From Polyangiales bacterium (GTDB lineage Bacteria; Myxococcota_A; Polyangia; Polyangiales; Ga0077539): DNA of 64,000 nt. The stretch spans positions 1 through 64,000 of the forward strand of contig JBGARZ010000009.1 in the NCBI GenBank assembly GCA_044229975.1. Direction: 5' to 3'. Of the stretch, positions 30,696 to 39,538 are shown one piece after another (within the stretch, counting starts at the first letter, position 1; the number at the start of each line of letters is the position of its first letter). Under the pieces are notes generated by a model. That model was not told where the DNA came from, ran no database searches, and was given only the letters and a program-made list of their open reading frames with translations. The translations under genes were made by a program, and so were the position numbers.

Positions 30696-33073
30696 CGCGA
30701 CGCGCAGAACCCCAGCTCCGTCCCCTCGCCCGCCATCAGCGTGCGGTTCCACATCGCGCCGCGGAACACCACGTCCCCGGTGTCGCCCATGCGCTCGCTG
30801 TTCCAGTTGTTGTTGATGCGCCCCGCGACCCGGTGGACCACCGTCCACGTCACCGCCGCGCCCGTGTTGTTCATGATCTGCACGCGCTCGCAGAAGCCCG
30901 TCTCCCACGTCGAGTCGCGCACCGTCGTCGTCGCCACGCCCGGCGTCGTCACCGCCCCACCACCCGCGTCCACCGTCACCACGACATCCACCGCACCCGC
31001 GTCCGTCGCGCCCGCATCGGCGCTCGCGTCCGCCACCACCCCGCCGTCGGTCACCACCGGCGTCCCGTCGCCCGCGCGCTCGGTGAAGTGCGGCGACTGC
31101 GTGAGCGCCACGATCAAGCCCTCGATGGAGAGGTCCGCCGTGCGGAAGCGCTGCTGAACCTCCGTCAGCGCGCACGCCGTCTGCTCGCCCGTCGCCGACA
31201 GCGCGTACGCGTAGCGGAAGAGCTGCCGGGCAAAACAATCGTGCACCTCCGGGCTCGCCGCGAGGCGCTCGATCATCGCCTGCGTGTCGGTCGTCGCTCC
31301 GTCGCTGCTCGCGCTGCCCACGACTTCGCCGCGCGCGTCGATGGCGGCGCCGTTCTCCGTCGTGCGGAAGCGCCCCACCCCGTCAAAGAACTCGAACCCG
31401 AACCCGATCGGGTCCATCAGCCGGTGGCACGACACGCAGGGCTCGTTGCTCGCGTGCATCGCGTACTGCTCCCGCAGCGAGCGCCGCGGGTCGGGCGTCG
31501 GTGGCTGCGCGTTGATGCCCGGCGGCGGCGGCGGCAGCGTCTGGCAGAGCAGGCGCTCGCGCACCAGTCGACCGCGGTGCACCGGCGACGACGAGTTGGG
31601 TCGCGCGTGCGTCGCCATCACCGCGCCCAGCGTGAGCACCCCGCGGCGCTGCGCCTCCACCGTCGATGCGCGCCGATAGCCCTGCGCGTCGGCCGCTCCG
31701 TCGGGGCTCAAGCCGTAGAAGCCCGCCAGCGTCGGGTCGACGAAGGTCGCCGCCGTCGTGAACAGGTCGGGCAGCCGTGCCCCCGCCCGCAGCAGCGTCG
31801 CGTCGACGTAACGATCGAACTCCCCCGCCATCGACGCCCTCACCGCGGGCGTAAACGCCGTGAAGGTCGTCGCGTCCTTCGGAACCGTCGCCAACCGATC
31901 GACGTCCAACCACTGGCGCACGAAGCGCCGCAGTGACTCACGCGCGCCCGGCGTCGTGAGCAGCCGCCGGACCTGCGCTTCGATGACGGCGGGCGTGGTG
32001 AGCGTCCCGGCGCGCGCGGCGGCGAAGAGCTCGGTGTCGGGCATGGTTCCGGTGAGCAGGTACGACAGCTCCGAGGCGACCTCCCACGCGGTCAGTCGGT
32101 ATGCCCCACCCGCGCTCACGCCAAGCTCGGCGCGGTAGAGGAAGTGGGGCGATTGCAGCATCGCGGACACCACGGCCTCGGCGCCTTCGTTGAAGCCTTC
32201 GCCCGTCGCGATGGTGGTGAAGAGCCCGAGGTACCGCGTCACCTCATCGCTCGTCAGCGGGCGACGGAAGGCCCGCTCGCCGAAGCCCTCCACCATGCGC
32301 CGCGCGCACGCCGCGTCGGTCGGTGACGTCGGCGTACACGGTGAGATGCGCGAGATGTCGCGGGTGGCCTCCGTCGCGATGGCCTCGCCTGCGACACGGA
32401 GCTGCTCGGCCAGCAGCGGCGACACCACGAGCGAAGCGGCGTCGTTGTCGAAGCCGTCGACCACCGGGTCGGCGACGAAGCTCGCGCCGTGGTGCGCGTC
32501 GACGCCGGTGAGGTCGCGCACCGTGCGGTCGTACTCGGTGGGCGTGAGGCGACGCAGCACGCGCGGGCCGGGCGTGACGGTGGTGCAGGCGGCGGGGGAG
32601 GTTCCGCCGTCGCCTGTCGTGGGGTCGTCGCAGGCGGCGGTGGAAACGCGGGCGACGAAGCGTGAGAGCGCGGCGTAGTCGGTGCTGCCGGGAGGCGTGA
32701 TGGTTCCGCCGGTGTGGCCCATGGGGTGGAGACCGGCGGGGCGCAGGAGCAGCAGCGGCGTGTCGGCGAGGCGTGCGGTGGCGACGGCGCGAGCGGCCCG
32801 GAAGTTGTGATCGAGCCAGTCGGGTTGCCCCTCGGCGCGCAGCACGAGGCGGGTCGCGCGCGCAGGCCCGGCGGCGTTGTGGCAGCCGACGCAGCGCAGG
32901 CTCATCAGCGGCGACCACAGCTCGCGGCGAAACGACTGGAGGTCAGCGTCGCAGACGGGGTCGTTGGAGGCGCCGTCGGGGAGCGTCGCGAGCGGAGCCG
33001 CGTCACCGCCCGCGGCGGGGTCGCTGGAGCAGCCGAGAGCGAGCAGCGCGGCGAGGGCCAGGAGGCGGGTCAC
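30692..33073 (-). CDS. DUF1587/1595/1592/1588/1585 lipoprotein with CxxCH motifs and C-terminal CBM2-like domain
   Basis: GTG overlaps the upstream TGA; lipobox ALGC; CVGCH; LRRLTPTEY; RAFRRPL; LQSPHFLYR; SSPVHRG; CVSCHRLMDPIGFGFE; tail STWETGFC..NNWNS..WN..GFC. Confidence 0.9.
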   Translation of the reverse strand: MTRLLALAALLALGCSSDPAAGGDAAPLATLPDGASNDPVCDADLQSFRRELWSPLMSLRCVGCHNAAGPARATRLVLRAEGQPDWLDHNFRAARAVATARLADTPLLLLRPAGLHPMGHTGGTITPPGSTDYAALSRFVARVSTAACDDPTTGDGGTSPAACTTVTPGPRVLRRLTPTEYDRTVRDLTGVDAHHGASFVADPVVDGFDNDAASLVVSPLLAEQLRVAGEAIATEATRDISRISPCTPTSPTDAACARRMVEGFGERAFRRPLTSDEVTRYLGLFTTIATGEGFNEGAEAVVSAMLQSPHFLYRAELGVSAGGAYRLTAWEVASELSYLLTGTMPDTELFAAARAGTLTTPAVIEAQVRRLLTTPGARESLRRFVRQWLDVDRLATVPKDATTFTAFTPAVRASMAGEFDRYVDATLLRAGARLPDLFTTAATFVDPTLAGFYGLSPDGAADAQGYRRASTVEAQRRGVLTLGAVMATHARPNSSSPVHRGRLVRERLLCQTLPPPPPGINAQPPTPDPRRSLREQYAMHASNEPCVSCHRLMDPIGFGFEFFDGVGRFRTTENGAAIDARGEVVGSASSDGATTDTQAMIERLAASPEVHDCFARQLFRYAYALSATGEQTACALTEVQQRFRTADLSIEGLIVALTQSPHFTERAGDGTPVVTDGGVVADASADAGATDAGAVDVVVTVDAGGGAVTTPGVATTTVRDSTWETGFCERVQIMNNTGAAVTWTVVHRVAGRINNNWNSERMGDTGDVVFRGAMWNRTLMAGEGTELGFCASR

Positions 33074-34371
33074 GAGAGCAGCCCCGGCAGCGGACCGGCG
33101 CCGCGCGACGGGTCGCCGAAGGTCGGGTTGTCCATGCCCATCGCGTGGCAGAGCGACACCAGCAGCCGTTGATGAGGCACGTGCGAGAGCTGGAGGTAGC
33201 GATCGGTGACCAGGCGCCCGCCCGCTCCACCCGCGAGCACGAAGGGGACGGAGAAGCAGTCGTGCAGGCGGCTGTCGCCCATCTCCTTGGCCCACACCAC
33301 GAGCGAGTGATCGAGCATGGAGCCGCTGCCGCCCGGCTCGGGGAGCTCGGCCATCTGCGCCACCAGCCACGCGAACTGCTCGGCGAACCACCGCTCGGCC
33401 TGGACGAACTGCGCCACGCCCGACGCGTTGCCGTCGCCCATGTGCGAGAGCGCGTGGTGCCCCTCACCCAGCCCCAGCCAGGTGAAGACGTGCGGCGCCA
33501 CGGTGTGCGCCCATTGGATGGACGCCACCTTCGTCGCCCCGCATGACAGCGCCGCGAGCAGGAGCTGCATCTGCGATCGACCGACGGGCGGAAGGTTGTC
33601 GTTGGCGCGGTGGTCGAGCTCGGTGATGACGGGCGGCGCGCAGGTGGCCGACGGCGCGGACGGTCCTGCGAGGGAGACCTCGACGCGGCGGAGCGATTCG
33701 AGGTGGGCGTCGAGCTTGCGGCGTTCGTCGGCGCCGACGCGGGACTGGAGGTCGCGGAGGTCACCGCGCACGAGGTCGAGAACGCTCTGCCGTCGCGAGC
33801 GCATCGCGTCGACCATGCCGGGCACCGGAGCCATCGAGGCGAAGAGTCGGCGGTAGACGCTCGCGGGCTCGTCGTCGGGCGGAACGAAGCTGCCCGGCCC
33901 CGAGTACGACATGCGCGTCTGGGTGTTGCCGCCCCACGCGCTCGTCTGGACGCCGAGTTCGAGGGAGGAGAGGCGGGAGGAGGTTCCTACGGCGCGGGCG
34001 ATGTACTGGTCGACGGAGAGGCCCGCGGAGGGGGACGACGCGTCGCCGCTGCCGGTGAGCATTGCGGCCATGCCGCCCTCGTGGTTGCTGGCGCCGACGA
34101 AGTCGATGCCGTCGAGCACCACGAGGTGCCGCTTCACCGCCGCGAGCGGCTCCATGATGGAGCCCGCGGGGAACGACCACGTCGACCCGGAGGTGGTCGG
34201 GCGCCAGTGGCGGTGGATGGTTCCGTTGGGGGAGAAGAAGAGGACGAGGCGGCGGGCGCCCATCGCGGAGCCGGCGTGCGATGCGCGGCGGAAGGGCGCG
34301 AGGAAGGGCGCCGCGACGGCCGCGAGGGCGGCTCCGTACACGAAGGTTCGACGGCCGATGCGGGTCTCCAT
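33070..34371 (-). CDS. DUF1552 (HXXSHH-family) protein with Tat-like signal
   Basis: RRTF twin-arginine; FFSPNG; SSLELGV; RRQSVLD; HHALSH; usual partner of DUF1592 proteins. Confidence 0.9.
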   Translation of the reverse strand: METRIGRRTFVYGAALAAVAAPFLAPFRRASHAGSAMGARRLVLFFSPNGTIHRHWRPTTSGSTWSFPAGSIMEPLAAVKRHLVVLDGIDFVGASNHEGGMAAMLTGSGDASSPSAGLSVDQYIARAVGTSSRLSSLELGVQTSAWGGNTQTRMSYSGPGSFVPPDDEPASVYRRLFASMAPVPGMVDAMRSRRQSVLDLVRGDLRDLQSRVGADERRKLDAHLESLRRVEVSLAGPSAPSATCAPPVITELDHRANDNLPPVGRSQMQLLLAALSCGATKVASIQWAHTVAPHVFTWLGLGEGHHALSHMGDGNASGVAQFVQAERWFAEQFAWLVAQMAELPEPGGSGSMLDHSLVVWAKEMGDSRLHDCFSVPFVLAGGAGGRLVTDRYLQLSHVPHQRLLVSLCHAMGMDNPTFGDPSRGAGPLPGLLS

Positions 34372-34481
34372 GCAAGGCCACCATACACGCGAGCGGCGGC
34401 GGTCGGCATGACGACGCTCTCCGACGATGGCCCGACGCGCCCTTGACGAGACGACGTCGACGGAGATCCGATCGGCCCACG

Positions 34482-34754
34482 ATGAGTGACCCGCTGTGCC
34501 CCTGTCCCAACTGCTATCGCCACGTGCGCACCAGCAGCACGTCCTGTCCGTTCTGCGGCGATGCACGGCGCGTCGACGGCGTCGCGTGGGGGCGCGTCGG
34601 CACCGGGGTGATCCTCGCGGTGGCCGCGAGCGCGGCGCTGCACGCCTGCTACGGCGCGCCGGCACCGTGCCCGATCGATCAGTGCGACTACGACCGCGAC
34701 GCGCAGACGGACAGTGGCGCCGACGCGTCGACCGACGTGGCCGGCGATCGCTGA
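34482..34754 (+). CDS. Small Cys-rich protein (CPxCxRH...CPFC, hydrophobic segment, CYGAP), 90 aa
   Basis: MSDPLCPCPNCYRHVRTSSTSCPFCG...LHACYGAPAPC; GC-rich third codon positions; fills the intergenic gap. Confidence 0.7.
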   Translation: MSDPLCPCPNCYRHVRTSSTSCPFCGDARRVDGVAWGRVGTGVILAVAASAALHACYGAPAPCPIDQCDYDRDAQTDSGADASTDVAGDR

Positions 34755-34843
34755 CAGGCCCCGGGGGTCCCGCCACGGGTCGATCACGATTCGGCCGGAC
34801 GTTTGGAGCGGACCCTGGCGCCGTGTCTTGCGTCCCCGCGCCC

Positions 34844-36019
34844 CTATCGCCCGCTCCCCTCGCACCGCGTAACTGGCGGAACGAACACCGTCATCACCTC
34901 GCCACACCGGCACGGCAGGTACACGCTCCCCACGAAGGCGCGCATGTTGCGCTGCGATTCCATCTCTTCGCCGCGCCCCTGCTTCACCAGCAGCGTGCGC
35001 TTGCGAAACGTCACCGCGAGCCCGTCGCTCTCGTGCCTCCCGCCAATGGCTGCGTCGTCAAACGCGCCCAGCAGCGTGAACATCCCCTCCTCGCGCAGCT
35101 TCCTCCGCGTCGGCGAGCGAAAGCCCTTCGACACCTGCAACACCGGGTCGAGCTGCGGCATGTCCCCGTGGCTCGGCAGCGTCTTCACCACGCGCAGCGA
35201 CTCGTCGCCGTAGTAGTGGATGCCCGGCCGCCCATACAGCCGGAAGAAGTACGGGACATCCCCGCGCGCCATCTGCTCGCTCTCCCCATCGAGCAACGGC
35301 GGCCACGGCGGAACCGACCGCGCCCGCACATAGTCCCCCGTCCCGCGAAGACACACCCGGATGGGCGTCTCGCGCAGCCCGGGCAGCGCCGCAAACACCC
35401 CCGCGATCGTCTCCGCGTGTCGATCGAGAATCGCGAGCGTCGCGAGGTACGCCGCCGCCATCGCGACGAGGTCTCCGCCATCGACAGGCTTCCCCAGGTA
35501 CGGCAGCACCCGACGAACACCCGCCGCGTGTCGGCACACCTCCGCGTACTCGGGGTCGGCGTCGGGCAGCAGCTTGGTCTCCGTCGGCATCGACAGGTCG
35601 GCCAGGATCATCTCGACATCGAGCGGCGTGAACACCACGCGCCCATCGCTCGCGAGACCGAGCACGAGGTTTTCCCAGTGCAGATCGGAGACGCCGAGCC
35701 AGCTCCAGAGCGCCACGGCACGACCGGTGATCTGCGCGAGCGCGCGTCGGTCATCGCCGCGGGTCATGGGCAACGGCGCGAGCGTCACGCTCTCCACTTC
35801 GCCCTCGTCGCGCGACTCCGGGTGGCGAAACTCCAGCGATGGCAGGAAGCCGAAGACGCCCGGGGCGATACCGTCGAGGCATCGCCGCAGCGGGCTGTCG
35901 GCGGAGAGCACCAGCCACTCCCAGAAGACGCTGCGCGGCTTGGCGATGCGCCCGTCGCGACGAGACACCCGTCGGCCGAAGTTGTGGGAGTCGCCGAGGT
36001 CGGTGCGCTCGTGGGTCAT
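34844..36019 (-). CDS. Stand-alone LanM-type dehydratase/kinase domain protein (DUF4135-like)
   Basis: GDSHNFGR, KPRS, DLHWEN, LDVE, RVCLRGTGDY and EQMARGDVPYF in the order found in LanM N-terminal domains; no LanC cyclase. Confidence 0.8.
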   Translation of the reverse strand: MTHERTDLGDSHNFGRRVSRRDGRIAKPRSVFWEWLVLSADSPLRRCLDGIAPGVFGFLPSLEFRHPESRDEGEVESVTLAPLPMTRGDDRRALAQITGRAVALWSWLGVSDLHWENLVLGLASDGRVVFTPLDVEMILADLSMPTETKLLPDADPEYAEVCRHAAGVRRVLPYLGKPVDGGDLVAMAAAYLATLAILDRHAETIAGVFAALPGLRETPIRVCLRGTGDYVRARSVPPWPPLLDGESEQMARGDVPYFFRLYGRPGIHYYGDESLRVVKTLPSHGDMPQLDPVLQVSKGFRSPTRRKLREEGMFTLLGAFDDAAIGGRHESDGLAVTFRKRTLLVKQGRGEEMESQRNMRAFVGSVYLPCRCGEVMTVFVPPVTRCEGSGR

Positions 36020-36087
36020 TGGGCGGCGCGACCTTACCGCGAGGCCGCGCGCGTGCGCCCGCTCCGTCGATGTGATGCACTCGGTCG

Positions 36088-37008
36088 ATGTCCGACGGCG
36101 TCACCCTCGATCAGCTCCGCACCCTGCGCGCCGTCGCCGAGGAGGGCAGCTTCTCCGCCGCGGCCCGCAAGCTCGGACGCGTTCAGGCAGCCGTCAGCCA
36201 GTCCATCGACCGCCTCGAAGCCCAGCTCGGATTGCGCCTCTTCGATCGCACCTCGCGCACCCCGACGCTCACCCGCCACGGCGAGGCCCTCGTCGCCATG
36301 GCCACCAGGGTGCACGACGAGGTGGAGGGCTTCGACGCACTCGTCGCAACCCTCAAGGGCGGCGCCGAGACGAAGCTCTCGATCGTGGTCGACGTGATGT
36401 TTCCGATGGAGGCGCTGGTCGGCTTCGCGCGCGAGTTCGCCGACGCGCACCCGGCCGTCGAGCTCACGCTGCACACCGAGACCCTCTCCGCCGTCACCGC
36501 GCTCGTGCGTGATCGCCGCGCTGCCCTTGGCGTCGCCAGCATCGACACCGACGTCGCCGACCTCGACCAGCGCCACGTCACGGACATCCGCCTCGTCCCC
36601 GTCGCGTCGCCCGCTCACCCGCTCGCCGCCATCGACGGTGCCGTCGCCAAGGCAGACCTCGCGCGCACCATGCAGATCGTCCTCAGCGAGCGCCTCTCCG
36701 GCGGGCGCCGCGGCGCTGATGACCGGGGCGTTCTGTCGGACCGCACCTGGCGCGTCGATGACCTCGCGACCAAGCACGCCCTCATCGCCGCGGGGCTCGG
36801 GTGGGGACACCTGCCGGAGCACGTCGTTCGCGCTGACCTGAAGTCTGGTCGCCTCGTCGCGCTGCGGCTCGACGCGTGGGGCCCCGAAGCACCGCTACGA
36901 TCGCTGTTCCTGGTGCGGCGTCAGGGCGGAGTGCTCGGGCCGGTGGCGCAGTGGTCGGCCGCACGCCTCGTCGACCTCTGCCGCGGAGCCGTCGATCACG
37001 TCACGTGA
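36088..37008 (+). CDS. LysR family transcriptional regulator
   Basis: LDQLRTL..EEGSFSAAARKL..QAAVSQSIDRLEAQLGLRLFDR; AGLGWGHLP. Confidence 0.95.
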   Translation: MSDGVTLDQLRTLRAVAEEGSFSAAARKLGRVQAAVSQSIDRLEAQLGLRLFDRTSRTPTLTRHGEALVAMATRVHDEVEGFDALVATLKGGAETKLSIVVDVMFPMEALVGFAREFADAHPAVELTLHTETLSAVTALVRDRRAALGVASIDTDVADLDQRHVTDIRLVPVASPAHPLAAIDGAVAKADLARTMQIVLSERLSGGRRGADDRGVLSDRTWRVDDLATKHALIAAGLGWGHLPEHVVRADLKSGRLVALRLDAWGPEAPLRSLFLVRRQGGVLGPVAQWSAARLVDLCRGAVDHVT

Positions 37009-37068
37009 TGGTGGGCATCACCCGGTCGCGCGTTTCGCTCCATCGTCCAGCGACCGACCATCACTGGC

Positions 37069-37989
37069 ATGAACACCTCAACCGAGACCCTTCGTTCGAC
37101 CGAGACCCGTCCTTCCACCAACGGGGTTCGCTCCGTCGAGGCCATCCACCGCGGTAGCCCCTTTCACTGGGTGGGCGACGGGTTTCGCGTCTCCAGCTTC
37201 TTCCCGACGCGCGCGCTCCCGGCCGAGCGGGTGAGCCCGTTTCTGCTGATGGACTACCACCCCGCGCACGAGTACCCCGCGCTCGCGCAGGGTCAGCGCG
37301 GCGTCGGTTGGCACCCCCACCGCGGCTTCGAGACGGTCACCCTCGCGTGGCAGGGATCGGTCGCCCACCGCGACACCGCCGGTCACGCGGGCGTCATCGG
37401 ACCGGGTGATGTCCAATGGATGACCGCTGCCTCGGGCGTTCTCCACGAGGAGTACCACGAGCGCGATTTCTCTCGGCGCGGCGGGGTGTTTCAGATGATG
37501 CAGCTCTGGGTCAACCTGCCCGCGAAGGACAAGATGACCGCGCCCGACTACCAGGGCATCACCGCGGCCGACATCCCCGTGGTGACGCGCGACGGCGCCT
37601 CGGTGCGGGTCGTCGCGGGCGAGTTCGAAGGGGCGCACGGACCAGCGCGAACCCACAGCCCCGTGACCATGCTCGACGTGCGGATGGAGGCGGGCGCGAC
37701 GCTCTCGTTGCCGCTGCCCGCGGGTCACAACGCGCTGGTGCTGGTCGCAGAAGGCAGCGTCGCGTCGGGCGGTCGGAAGGCCGACGTGCGGGAGCTGATG
37801 CTCTTCGCCAACGACGGCGAGCGCGCGGTGGTGACCGCCGAGAGCGCCGCGCACTTCGTGGTGCTGGCGGGTGAAGCCCTCAACGAACCCGTCGTCGCCT
37901 ACGGACCCTTCGTGATGAACACCGACCGCGAGATCGTGCAGGCGATGCAGGACTTCAACGCCGGGAAGTTCGGCCGCATCCCGGAGTGA
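37069..37989 (+). CDS. Pirin family protein
   Basis: SPFLLMD, HPHRGFETVT, QWMTAASGVLHEE, QLWVNLP, YGPFVMN. Confidence 0.95.
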   Translation: MNTSTETLRSTETRPSTNGVRSVEAIHRGSPFHWVGDGFRVSSFFPTRALPAERVSPFLLMDYHPAHEYPALAQGQRGVGWHPHRGFETVTLAWQGSVAHRDTAGHAGVIGPGDVQWMTAASGVLHEEYHERDFSRRGGVFQMMQLWVNLPAKDKMTAPDYQGITAADIPVVTRDGASVRVVAGEFEGAHGPARTHSPVTMLDVRMEAGATLSLPLPAGHNALVLVAEGSVASGGRKADVRELMLFANDGERAVVTAESAAHFVVLAGEALNEPVVAYGPFVMNTDREIVQAMQDFNAGKFGRIPE

Positions 37990-37997
37990 GCGGCTTC

Positions 37998-38076
37998 AGA
38001 CCCATCCGTCTGAAGGTCATCGCGCCCGGCCCGCCGCGGCTTGAAAACCCACGACGGCCTTCAGGGGGATGGGTCT
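37998..38076. terminator. Imperfect 25-bp inverted repeat between convergent genes (bidirectional terminator or REP)
   Basis: 37998-38022 matches the reverse complement of 38052-38076 at 21/25 positions. Confidence 0.5.
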
Positions 38077-39296
38077 CAGAACCCCACCCGACGCACCAGC
38101 CCGCCCACCTCTCCGCCCGGAAACCCCGTCGACGCCGCGCTCACGTGCACGGCGTTTTCAGGCAGACGCGGCAGCAGTCGCGAGCCCTGCTCCAGCATCG
38201 ACAATCCGTTGAAGGCGCGGTCGCTCGTGCGGAGCTGCAACAGCACCTCGCCGTCGCTGTCGCGCAGCGTGACCGCCGTGGGGCGCACGTCCGTCACGAG
38301 CCCGTCGTAGCGCACGCGGTCGCGGTCGACGCCCACGATGATGCTCAAGCTCCCGTAGCCCGTGCTGTTCACCGGCGGAACTGCCTCGTCGCCGCTCATC
38401 CGCGCCACGTACAGCTCCTCGCCAGGACGCAGGATCTGTCCCCGCATCTCCCCCGTCGGGAAGCGCGCGCTGCCGACGTGGATGTACCAACGACCGGCGT
38501 CGAGGTCCTGCGTCGAGGTGATGGTGCGCGCGCCCGCGAGCAGCGGCGCCGGCGGCGTCTTCGGGTCGGTCAGGTCGACCGCCACCGGACCATCGGCGCC
38601 GGCCGGAGCGACGCGGATGTCCACCGCGATCGGCGACACCGTCATGCCGCGGGTGAACATGTTGAAACGCACGCGGTTGGTCGTCCCGTCGACGAGGAGC
38701 TGCCCGAGGCCCGAGCTCGTCACGGAGGTCGGCGGGTTGACCTGATCGCCCGAGAGGCGCGCCACATAGACCAGCTCGCCCGGCCGAACCACCTGCGCGC
38801 GTACCTCCCCGTTGGGGTGCGCCTCGCTGTGGATATCGATGTACGCGGTTCCGTCTTCGAGGGCGCGAGCCTGCGCGCGGGTGACCTCGACGGTGCCCGT
38901 GAGCACGCCCGGCGTCAGCGGCAGCGTGAGCATCTCCTCGCCTGAATCACCTGCGAGGCCGAGGTGCAGGTGCGCCGCGGTCGGTGACTCGACGGTGTGC
39001 TCCAGGGTGTAGCTGAGCTGCGTGCGCTCGCCGTCGAGCGTGAAGGTCGCGGCCCCGGTGGCGCGGGTGTCGTAGACGGCCGGGACGACCTCGCGGCCCG
39101 TGAGCACGGCGTTGAGCGCCACGGCGGGCAAGACCTCGGGCGCCTCCGGGGGCGTTCCGACGGGCGGGTTGGTGACGACCGGGTCAGCGGGTGTGTCAGT
39201 GAACGTGTCGACCGACGTGACACCGGGCTCGGTGCCACACGCGGCGAGCAGCGAAAACACCGGAAGAACAAGGGCGAAACCGCGGAGGGAGGTCAT
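38076..39296 (-). CDS. CHRD-domain lipoprotein (three CHRD repeats)
   Basis: Lipobox LAAC; LTGREVVP..AAHLH..YIDIHSEAHPNGEVRAQ, then YIHVGSARFPTGEMRGQ and FPGGEVGG. Confidence 0.88.
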   Translation of the reverse strand: MTSLRGFALVLPVFSLLAACGTEPGVTSVDTFTDTPADPVVTNPPVGTPPEAPEVLPAVALNAVLTGREVVPAVYDTRATGAATFTLDGERTQLSYTLEHTVESPTAAHLHLGLAGDSGEEMLTLPLTPGVLTGTVEVTRAQARALEDGTAYIDIHSEAHPNGEVRAQVVRPGELVYVARLSGDQVNPPTSVTSSGLGQLLVDGTTNRVRFNMFTRGMTVSPIAVDIRVAPAGADGPVAVDLTDPKTPPAPLLAGARTITSTQDLDAGRWYIHVGSARFPTGEMRGQILRPGEELYVARMSGDEAVPPVNSTGYGSLSIIVGVDRDRVRYDGLVTDVRPTAVTLRDSDGEVLLQLRTSDRAFNGLSMLEQGSRLLPRLPENAVHVSAASTGFPGGEVGGLVRRVGF

Positions 39297-39365
39297 GGCG
39301 AAGGCTCGCTTTCATCGCGGTCCGACGGGCGGCTGGTGAGCCCGATGGCGCGGCGTGACCTGCTG

Positions 39366-39382
39366 TTGCAGAGGGCGTTCCA
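39366..39382 (-). promoter_or_regulatory. Candidate sigma54 promoter for the CHRD gene
   Basis: TGGAACGCCCTCTGCAA versus consensus TGGCACG-N4-TTGCW, correct GG-N10-GC spacing, about 70 nt upstream of the ATG. Confidence 0.55.
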
Positions 39383-39538
39383 GCGCGGGAGCTGCGGGCG
39401 TGGTGCGGTGTTGCTCGCGCGGCGCGCTGGTGAACCCGGCCACACCTGCGGCGGTCGGGAGCGGTGCCCGATTGTCCCATTCGTGCACTGTCGCGCTCCA
39501 GCTTGACACCCCCGAGGCGGTGCTCTCCCATGCGCGGC

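Noticed and set aside
34482..36019. Complete lanthipeptide biosynthetic cluster
   Set aside because: No LanC cyclase, LanT/LanP or recognisable LanA leader; the peptide gene is convergent, so the link is only hypothetical.
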